The notes beneath the pieces are model-generated. The model did no database searches, had not been told where the DNA came from, and saw nothing but the letters and a program-made list of their open reading frames with translations. The position numbers and the translations under genes are program-made. Below are positions 56,991 to 64,000 of a DNA stretch of 64,000 nucleotides, one piece after another (the stretch's first letter is position 1; every line of letters starts with the position of its first letter). This DNA comes from Candidatus Cloacimonadales bacterium (lineage in GTDB: Bacteria > Cloacimonadota > Cloacimonadia > Cloacimonadales > DAONDQ01), in the NCBI GenBank assembly GCA_963662275.1, contig OY759316.1, forward strand, positions 4,064,001-4,128,000, given 5' to 3'.

Positions 56991-57061
56991 AATTTACTCC
57001 TCATATTTGAAATAGAACTATATCTAAATCAGTTTTGCTATATCAAGAATCCCAAGCTGAA

Positions 57062-58033
57062 TCACTTAACTCTGAAAGTAATCTTATATGTGTTACATAT
57101 TCTTTTATAAGTTGGTTTGTGCAACTTGGCTTTGAATATTCCTTTATGCCTATTTTTATCCGAATTGGATATATAAATAGCAAAGGATAAGAAAATCAAA
57201 GTCAGACTTGTTAAAGCTTGTATTATTTGTAACATGTCTACTAACCTAGGATGTATATTTACCAAACTTTCATTTAGCAATGAAAAAGAAAAAAGCATGG
57301 AGCATTGCAGACTATGAACAACTGATTGCCATAAGCAAATATGTAAATTATCTATTAAAAAATAAGTTACAGCATAATTCAAAATACATTCGAACAAACT
57401 GGTTATTGCTAATAAAAGTCTTTCTGGGGATTTTAAAGAAGAACTCTTTTTCAAAGAAAATGCGTCATTCCCAAAAGCTAAAATTATTTCCAAAGATCGT
57501 GAGAGAGTTCTATATAAAATCAAAGCTATAAATGATTTGTTAAAAATATTGCTAGTAGTATTTGGCTGCCCCCAAATAAGAAAAAATATAAATAGGATCA
57601 CCGCAATTAACAAATTGAGGAAGTTCTTAATCTGAATAAATCTCTTTCGTAAATCTTTCCTCGTGTTACTCCTAATAATCAATATCCCTGTAATATTTCG
57701 GTTCTTGATTATTTCTGACCACAGCAAGCTTGGACATAACATTAAAGATAATGCAATTAACCCCCGTTGAGAAAAAGATTTCTTATACTTAGTTGTGTCT
57801 ATTTGATCATCCTTAAGAAAAATACCTATCAAAGTTCTCATGATTTGAATGAAATTTACTCCTCTTACCAATTTTAAAGAAAAACGAGCGACACATAAAG
57901 AAAGAAAATAATAAACTGTAATTCCAATGAGGAGATATAATAAGCTAATGTATTCAAATTGTATCCAACTATAAAATATATATATCCAAAGGCATGCTAA
58001 TATTAATATAAGAACTAATTTATGAAAATTCAA
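57062..58033 (-). CDS. Very AT-rich hypothetical multi-pass membrane protein
   Basis: 323-aa ORF with several TM segments; GGAGGAG RBS before TTG. Confidence 0.6.
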   Translation of the reverse strand: MNFHKLVLILILACLWIYIFYSWIQFEYISLLYLLIGITVYYFLSLCVARFSLKLVRGVNFIQIMRTLIGIFLKDDQIDTTKYKKSFSQRGLIALSLMLCPSLLWSEIIKNRNITGILIIRSNTRKDLRKRFIQIKNFLNLLIAVILFIFFLIWGQPNTTSNIFNKSFIALILYRTLSRSLEIILAFGNDAFSLKKSSSLKSPERLLLAITSLFECILNYAVTYFLIDNLHICLWQSVVHSLQCSMLFSFSLLNESLVNIHPRLVDMLQIIQALTSLTLIFLSFAIYISNSDKNRHKGIFKAKLHKPTYKRICNTYKITFRVK

Positions 58034-58065
58034 CTCCTCCTCCTTCTGCTCAACAATTAAATGAA

Positions 58066-58965
58066 TTAAATCCCTATCAACTCCAGAATGGGTTGTTCAT
58101 CAAAATAGCATTTATTGATATCCAGGTCATAGTTGATAATAAAGAGTTCTTTGCCTTTCCCTGCTTCGTTCTTTTTGTAGTTATTCATACCATATTGTAG
58201 TTCCCAGGGAATGATGTTGGCAAAGCTGAACAATTCTCGAATCACGGGATGATCATCTAATGTTATTAACCAATTATGTGGGCATTTAGCCACAGCAGCA
58301 GCAAAGCGTTCGTAATCAAAATCTGTGTGCAGATCACCATTCTTGCCATAGAGCCTTGATTTCTGTGCAGTCAAATATGGTGGGTCAAGAAAGATCAATA
58401 CACCCGAGGGTAAGTCCGAAGTGCGCAGTTCGAAGTGCGAGGGGGCAGAGGGAAGTTCTTCATAATCCAGATGAGTAATAGTCGTATTGGTTAAAATATG
58501 TTTTAATTGCCTAAGTCTGTCAAAAGAGGAAGGAGTAAATCTCGTATGGAATGACTTTTCGGAATATCCACCACAATCGGTAGTTCCTGAGAAAGAGATA
58601 CGATTCAAAATAAAGAAGCGGATTGCTCTTTGAAGGTCATTTATATCCTTACCGTTTTGACGTAACTCATAAAACAGGTCTTTCCCATTCTCGGTCTTGC
58701 TTTTAATTAATTCAATCTCTCTGTATAGGTTGTCATTATTCTGTTGTGCTTCTTTCCAAAAGCAATACAAATCATAATTCAAATCGTTAATCCAGAACTT
58801 GGTAATCTGCTTCATGGTTTGTTTTGCTGCTAAGAATACAGATGCACCGCCAGCGAAAGGTTCCCTAAATTCAGTTGTTGTTATTGGTATTAAAGGTAAT
58901 ATCCGTGAAACGGCTTTGGATTTACCACCAGGATAACGAAGCACAGCTTTGAGGATATTACTCAT
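58066..58965 (-). CDS. Dam/D12-class N6-adenine DNA methyltransferase
   Basis: RYPGGKS, EPFAGGASV, IND, NRISFSG, FLDPPY, ELFIINY. Confidence 0.92.
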   Translation of the reverse strand: MSNILKAVLRYPGGKSKAVSRILPLIPITTTEFREPFAGGASVFLAAKQTMKQITKFWINDLNYDLYCFWKEAQQNNDNLYREIELIKSKTENGKDLFYELRQNGKDINDLQRAIRFFILNRISFSGTTDCGGYSEKSFHTRFTPSSFDRLRQLKHILTNTTITHLDYEELPSAPSHFELRTSDLPSGVLIFLDPPYLTAQKSRLYGKNGDLHTDFDYERFAAAVAKCPHNWLITLDDHPVIRELFSFANIIPWELQYGMNNYKKNEAGKGKELFIINYDLDINKCYFDEQPILELIGI

Positions 58966-58968
58966 AGA

Positions 58969-59061
58969 TTACTTCAAAGTAATAACCAAATGCATTGAAT
59001 TGTCTTTAATTTCAGGCATCTTTATACAATCACCGATAATCAGCTTATGGTATGTTTTCAC
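58969..59061 (-). pseudogene. 30-aa N-terminal remnant of a beta-class (N4/N6) DNA methyltransferase
   Basis: Manual translation (GTG, AGGAG RBS) MKTYHKLIIGDCIKMPEIKDNSMHLVITLK*; stops where SPPY would follow. Confidence 0.6.
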
Positions 59062-59146
59062 TGCCACTCCTGAGTTCTTCACATTCACATAATTCCATTG
59101 ATCTTCTGCAAAATGATAATTCAGATATGAATGTCAACTACAAAGT

Positions 59147-59555
59147 GTGGAACGCTTAATTTATTAGGCTATTTCGAAGTTTGAAGTACGATATGCGAAG
59201 TGCGAAGTTGCAGAAACATAACCGTTTGAAAACAGCGTTCCGGAGAGACCTTTAGATCACATTTTTCATATCACCGGATTGAAATCCAGTGTTAATATGT
59301 TTCTTCCCTACGGGAATTATGAGCAGAATGAAGTCAGGTACTGACGGCAGATAATAACGCTCGGATTTTAATCCGGCGATAAATGGCTCAATGTGGCAAC
59401 CATGAAAGTCCAGTATGGACGAAAGATGATGAGAGATAACAGACCGTTGACCCCTTGTATCCCCCTCTCTGGGAAGGAAGTAGGAATCGGCGCTCCAGTT
59501 AGTTCGTCTCCTATCACCTAGAACCTAGCACCTAGCACCTAAAACCTTCTGCCAG
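59147..59555. repeat. Mixed repeat cluster: GGAACGC REP doublet with heptamer spacer, CCGGAT hairpins, CCCCT element, CTAGCAC heptamers
   Basis: Doublet arms match 21753-21823; ctatcac ctagaac ctagcac ctagcac ctaaaac cttctgc. Confidence 0.7.
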
Positions 59556-59556
59556 G

Positions 59557-60963
59557 CTAATCCCCTGCTTTCAGGATTTCATGAACTCTTTCGAAGATAT
59601 AACCAACATGGATGCGATTAGTGAGATCAAGTTTTTCTACGTCTATTTCAAGAACTGTGCCCTGGTGGAAACCGAATTTGACTACATCAGCAGCATAAGT
59701 CTTATACCATTCATTCAGGTTTTGAATTTCAGTTAACTTCCAGCCACCTTCAATTTCCATTTCACGTCCGCGCTGCTGAATTCTTTCCCAGGCAAGGGAA
59801 GGACTTCCCTGGAGTAAAATAATCAGATCAGAGGAAGGCAATTCTCTATTCACCGTTTGAAATTGTGTAATAAGATTGTCCAATTGATCATCCGTCAGTA
59901 ATCCATCAGCCCGGAATTGATTACAGAAAACCAACAAATCTTCCGGTAAAGAACGATCCTTAACAAAACTGCCATGACCGCTTTTTCCGAGACGTCTTTG
60001 TTCTGCACGCATTTGCAGGAAATGTAGTTGTAAGTCATAGCAATAGGTCTTCTTATCTGCAAGAAATTTCTCCAGTAAAGGATTCTGTTCAGGTCTCTCA
60101 TAAAGTGCATTAATCTTTAAACTCCGTCCCATTATTGCAGCCAGGGTTGACTTCCCTAATCCCACATTACCGGCAATAGTGATAAGCTTGGGATGTTCAG
60201 CTAAGTAGTTTTCCAGTCTGCGTTCGACATCAATTGCTTTCAAAGTTGCTTCTGTCTGTGGTAAGGTCACCCATTCACTGATACCTGGGCTGGATACACG
60301 TAATTCTAAAGATTTTACCTGATCTGCGATCACATTAATAGTGCGTCTCAGGAATTCTACTTTCTCCACTTCTTTGTCCGCATCGATAACGAGTACAGGG
60401 CATTGAACATGATTTGCGATAAAATCTTCATACAGGTTGTTTAATAATTCCAAGTATTCAGAAGAGATTGCTAATTCACTTTCCCTGCCTCGTTCACGTA
60501 TTCTTTCCAGGAGAATAGGCACTTCAGCTTTGAAATAAACGATTAGGTCAGGTTCCTTGATTTGCTCAGTCATCAGTCTATAGGTACGCTGGTATGCGAC
60601 AAATTCGGGTTCTGTCATATGTTGAAGTATTCGCTGTGCTTTCCCGAAAATATGATAATCTTCAGCGAGAGTCCTGTCTTCCAGGACAATCCCCCGACAC
60701 GTTTGTATTAATCTCTGGCGATCTAACCTGCCATTGAAAAACTCGATCTGAGCCATAAAGGCATTGGCAATTGGATCCTTATAAAATGAATCCAGGACAA
60801 TAGGATTGAAATTTTCAGGAAAGGCATATACACCTTCAGAACCATTGGGCTTGGGATAAACAGACAACAGGATTTGATTTAGTGGTGAAGTGCTTGCAGC
60901 CTGGACAAAAGTGGATTTTCCGACCCCAATATTACCGACGATTCCGATGCGTATATTTTCCAT
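59557..60963 (-). CDS. Tandem (two-domain) deoxynucleoside kinase
   Basis: Two P-loops (GNIGVGKST, GNVGLGKST), two DRS/T motifs (EDRTL, KDRSL), two lids (ERIRERGRESE, ERIQQRGREME). Start at 60963 with GGAGG RBS. Confidence 0.88.
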   Translation of the reverse strand: MENIRIGIVGNIGVGKSTFVQAASTSPLNQILLSVYPKPNGSEGVYAFPENFNPIVLDSFYKDPIANAFMAQIEFFNGRLDRQRLIQTCRGIVLEDRTLAEDYHIFGKAQRILQHMTEPEFVAYQRTYRLMTEQIKEPDLIVYFKAEVPILLERIRERGRESELAISSEYLELLNNLYEDFIANHVQCPVLVIDADKEVEKVEFLRRTINVIADQVKSLELRVSSPGISEWVTLPQTEATLKAIDVERRLENYLAEHPKLITIAGNVGLGKSTLAAIMGRSLKINALYERPEQNPLLEKFLADKKTYCYDLQLHFLQMRAEQRRLGKSGHGSFVKDRSLPEDLLVFCNQFRADGLLTDDQLDNLITQFQTVNRELPSSDLIILLQGSPSLAWERIQQRGREMEIEGGWKLTEIQNLNEWYKTYAADVVKFGFHQGTVLEIDVEKLDLTNRIHVGYIFERVHEILKAGD

Positions 60964-61010
60964 TTTAATTCCTCCTAACCAGTTTAATTCTCTGGATTCA
61001 AAATATGGGA

Positions 61011-61039
61011 TTGACATTTTTTTGCCAATATTTTAATCT
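61011..61039 (+). promoter_or_regulatory. Sigma70-type promoter for the serA-like gene
   Basis: TTGACA-17 bp-TAATCT. Confidence 0.5.
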
Positions 61040-61074
61040 ATGTTTATGATATAAATTAAGAAAGGAGAATCATT

Positions 61075-62001
61075 ATGAGTAAAAAAGTACTGATCGCAAC
61101 CGAAAAAGCTTTTGCTAAAGTCGCTGTGGATGGCATTGCCGGCATCTTAAAAGACGCTAATTATGAAATGATCCTTTTAGAGAATTATACTGACAAGAAT
61201 GACCTTATTAAAGCTGTCGAAGATGTTGATGCCATGATCGTTCGCAGCGATGAAGTAACGGCAGAGGTCGTTGAAGCAGCCAAGAATTTGAAGATCGTCG
61301 TCCGTGCCGGAGCCGGTTTTGACAATCTTGACCTCAAAGCTTGCACCGCACATAATATCGTTGCAATGAATACACCCGGTCAAAATTCCAATGCAGTTGC
61401 CGAACTTGCCTTCGGAATGATGATCTATATTGCCCGTAAGAAATTCAGCGGAAAGTCAGGTTTTGAACTTCGGGGAAAGAAAATTGGAATTCACGCCTAT
61501 GGTGCTGTGGGAAGATATGTAGCCCTGATTGCCAAGGGATTCGGGATGGAAGTATTTGCTTACGATCCATTTGTACCTGCTGATAAAATGAAAGCAGAAG
61601 GTGTTATTCCATTAACAAAACTATCTGAATTATATGAAAAATGTGATTATGTATCTCTGCATCTGCCTCTGACAGAGACGACAAATAAATCCATCAATTA
61701 CGATCTTCTTTCCAAGATGCCGAAAGGAGCTACACTTGTGAATACAGCCCGAAAAGAAATTATTAATGAAGAAGACCTGTTAAAGATCATGGAAGAAAAG
61801 AGCGGATTCAAATATGTATCTGATATCGCTCCTGCCTGCGCTGAAGATATGATTACGAAATACGGCGAACGTGTCCTTTTTACGGCAAAGAAATCCGGTG
61901 CTCAAACTGAAGAAGCGAACATCAATGCAGGATTAGCTGCAGCACATCAAATCGTTGGATTCCTGGAAAAGGGTGATAAGACTTTCCAGGTAAATAAGTA
62001 A
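61075..62001 (+). CDS. serA: D-3-phosphoglycerate dehydrogenase-like (short, no ACT domain)
   Basis: IVRS, VRAGAGFDN, MNTPGQNSNAVAE, ELRGK, HLPLT, NTAR, GAQTEEAN. Confidence 0.8.
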   Translation: MSKKVLIATEKAFAKVAVDGIAGILKDANYEMILLENYTDKNDLIKAVEDVDAMIVRSDEVTAEVVEAAKNLKIVVRAGAGFDNLDLKACTAHNIVAMNTPGQNSNAVAELAFGMMIYIARKKFSGKSGFELRGKKIGIHAYGAVGRYVALIAKGFGMEVFAYDPFVPADKMKAEGVIPLTKLSELYEKCDYVSLHLPLTETTNKSINYDLLSKMPKGATLVNTARKEIINEEDLLKIMEEKSGFKYVSDIAPACAEDMITKYGERVLFTAKKSGAQTEEANINAGLAAAHQIVGFLEKGDKTFQVNK

Positions 62002-62008
62002 GAATACG

Positions 62009-62060
62009 ACTCACCCCCTGCCCCCTCTATTGGCACAAGAGAGGGGGTCAGGGGGTGAGA
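62009..62060. repeat. CCCCCT..AGGGGG palindromic element
   Basis: CTCACCCCCTG-CCCCCTCT..AGAGGGGGTCAGGGGGTGAG. Confidence 0.7.
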
Positions 62061-62069
62061 AGGAGTGAA

Positions 62070-62813
62070 TTGAAAAAGCAAAAATATCTTCTCAACATTA
62101 GCTTAGGGCTCGTTCTAGCATCGGTTATTCTCTATGGCATACATTACCTGATCTTTCGAGACTCTTACTTCTTAGGTCTATATATCCTGGATCACTTTGC
62201 ATTCTTACCTATAGAGATTCTGTTAGTAACAATCGTTATTGGCGGTGTAATCAGATACAGGGAAAAAACTCAGCGCCTGGATAAACTGAATATGGTACTA
62301 GGCTCATTCTACAGTGAAGTTGGACATACACTTTTGAAACAGATTGGACATTCAGATCCGAACATCGATCATAAATTGGATATTCTCAAAATATCCAGTC
62401 ACTGGACTCATAACGATTTTTTACATGTGAAAAAGCTAATCAGGGAATCGGAAAGTAATATCACAATTAGTCAATTAGATTTACCCGGATTAAAAAGCTT
62501 TTTACTGAGTAAACGTATTTTTCTCTTACGCCTGCTTGAAAACCCAAATCTCCTCGAACATGATTTATTAACCTATCTGATGCAGGCTACATTTCATTTA
62601 CTAGAAGAATTGGAATTTCGCCCTGGCTTTAATGATCTTCCCAAACCTGATCTTGATCATTTGGCTTTTGATACAAAACGCGTGTATATTCCTCTCATAA
62701 TCCATTGGTTGGAATACATGTATTACCTGAAAGTGAATTTCCCTTACCTTTTTTCTCTTGCTGCCAGGACAAATCCCTTCAATAAGGATGCGTCTGTAAT
62801 TATCACTGAATAA
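62070..62813 (+). CDS. Conserved-looking membrane protein (two N-terminal TMs)
   Basis: AFLPIEILLVT..KLNMVLGSFYSEVG..LLENPNLLEH..YLFSLA.RTNPF; TTG start with AGGAG RBS inferred. Confidence 0.75.
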   Translation: MKKQKYLLNISLGLVLASVILYGIHYLIFRDSYFLGLYILDHFAFLPIEILLVTIVIGGVIRYREKTQRLDKLNMVLGSFYSEVGHTLLKQIGHSDPNIDHKLDILKISSHWTHNDFLHVKKLIRESESNITISQLDLPGLKSFLLSKRIFLLRLLENPNLLEHDLLTYLMQATFHLLEELEFRPGFNDLPKPDLDHLAFDTKRVYIPLIIHWLEYMYYLKVNFPYLFSLAARTNPFNKDASVIITE

Positions 62814-62828
62814 TAAAAAGGATATAAG

Positions 62829-63446
62829 ATGTATAAAAACCTGATATGGGATTTCGATGGAACACTATTTGATACTTACTTTGCGATAAGCGGAAGCCTT
62901 GATGGCGCTCTGAAAAAATACGGTATCATTGAAGACATGAATGAGATCCTTTCCCTATGCAAAGTCACACTGCAAACAGCAATCGATCATTATTGCGCAA
63001 AATATACTTTGAATCCGGATGATATCTTCCAAGACTATTGCGATTTTTACCAGACCATTTCCATGGAACAAATTCCACCTTTTCCAGGGGTAGAAGATAT
63101 TTTGATGTTCTGCCGTCAAACCGGTAGAAAAAACTATATCATCACTCATCGTCCTCTTGATCTGCTGATGGAACACTTGTCTTATTATCATTTGGAAGGA
63201 TATTTTGAATTTATGATTACCAGTGATGATGGCTTTATTAGAAAGCCTGACCCTGAATCTTTTGTCGCCCTTCGAGATAAATTCAACCTCCCAGGCGAAT
63301 TAACTTTGGCAATCGGTGATAGAGACTTAGATATTATAGCTGCAAGAGGTGCCGGATTCAAGACATGCCTGTTCCAAAATCCAGATCAATCTATTCCGGC
63401 GGATTATTTTATTTCAACGATGGCTGAATTAAAAGAATTATTGTAG
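62829..63446 (+). CDS. HAD-IA family hydrolase
   Basis: WDFDGTL, ITHR, RKPDPE, IGDRDLD. Confidence 0.9.
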   Translation: MYKNLIWDFDGTLFDTYFAISGSLDGALKKYGIIEDMNEILSLCKVTLQTAIDHYCAKYTLNPDDIFQDYCDFYQTISMEQIPPFPGVEDILMFCRQTGRKNYIITHRPLDLLMEHLSYYHLEGYFEFMITSDDGFIRKPDPESFVALRDKFNLPGELTLAIGDRDLDIIAARGAGFKTCLFQNPDQSIPADYFISTMAELKELL

Positions 63447-63615
63447 AGTTGAAAGATGAACGCCATCTTCAGGAGATCATTTCTCCTCTATCATCTTACT
63501 TTTATCATACCATCTTCAAGGATTCGGATAATTTTGTTTCAGAACTATTCTGGAAGCTACAGGTTGTGATGGGGCTTGATTGCCAAGTCTAATTTACCTG
63601 TAACAAGTAAGAAGT

Positions 63616-63656
63616 ATCCTTCTGTCATTGCAAATGGCAGGGGATTTTCATTCTTT
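63616..63656. terminator. Hairpin between convergent genes
   Basis: ATCCTTCTGTCATT / AATGGCAGGGGAT followed by T-rich sequence. Confidence 0.5.
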
Positions 63657-63667
63657 GATTAGATATC

Positions 63668-64000
63668 TTATTCGCCCACAACCTTGTGCTTCTTAACATA
63701 ATCAATCAACTGATCAACAAAGAGTATTTGTTGATCTTTCATATGTCCGGGGGTAAAAGCCAGGTATTTATCAGCATGGGAAAGCACATAATCATGAGAT
63801 ATGCCTTGATATGTCTGTTTCAATCTAACCGGTTTACCATTAATGCAGACATTTTGGATATGAGAATTCTGATCCTTGTCAATAATATCGTATGTAATGG
63901 GATAAGCTTGTACGATATCGTGCTCCTGGGTCTTTGAAAGTTGATAGTTCAGCTCCAGCATCTGATAAATCTCTTTGCCTGTGCAAGTGAAGGTTTCAAT
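63668..64000 (-). CDS. C-terminal part of a 5'-nucleotidase-like protein (starts outside the window)
   Basis: Open frame to the window edge: IETFTCTGKEIYQMLE..INGKPV..TY..HDYVL..LIDYVKK resembles the 5'-nucleotidase C-domain. Confidence 0.6.
   Translation of the reverse strand: METFTCTGKEIYQMLELNYQLSKTQEHDIVQAYPITYDIIDKDQNSHIQNVCINGKPVRLKQTYQGISHDYVLSHADKYLAFTPGHMKDQQILFVDQLIDYVKKHKVVGE

Overview
AT-rich bacterial chromosomal segment with mostly minus-strand genes. The PorV-like protein, six proteins with T9SS/FlgD-Ig-type C-terminal domains and a type-2 IleRS suggest an FCB-group anaerobe such as Cloacimonadota (inference only). Housekeeping genes: rpmH-rnpA-yidD-yidC-jag, rlmH, ptb, a sigma-70 factor, ileS, ppx, iscRSU, a cobalamin-riboswitch btu uptake cluster, nadD-bamD, greA, efp, a serA-like gene and several secreted proteins. 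No tRNA, rRNA or CRISPR was seen. The main unexplained structure is a dense population of REP-like, palindromic, heptamer and 11-bp-periodic elements alongside two HUH/Y1 enzymes (an intact RAYT with a 205-bp tandem array and an IS200-like TnpA broken by one stop codon). These elements appear to reshape genes: they insert in frame into ppx, a Dam-family methylase, btuC and a lamin-tail protein, they duplicate gene-overlap junctions (jag/MBL, iscR/iscS), and they bracket an iscRSU module that splits the B12 operon. Separately, a tight DnaA-box cluster lies inside a protein-coding gene at the position next to rpmH where dnaA/oriC normally sits. Other candidates: a zinc-ribbon bL38-like small protein, an M6 pseudo-protease, a fused double deoxynucleoside kinase and a soluble-adenylyl-cyclase-like STAND-TPR protein. 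All calls were made by eye; no database searches were run.
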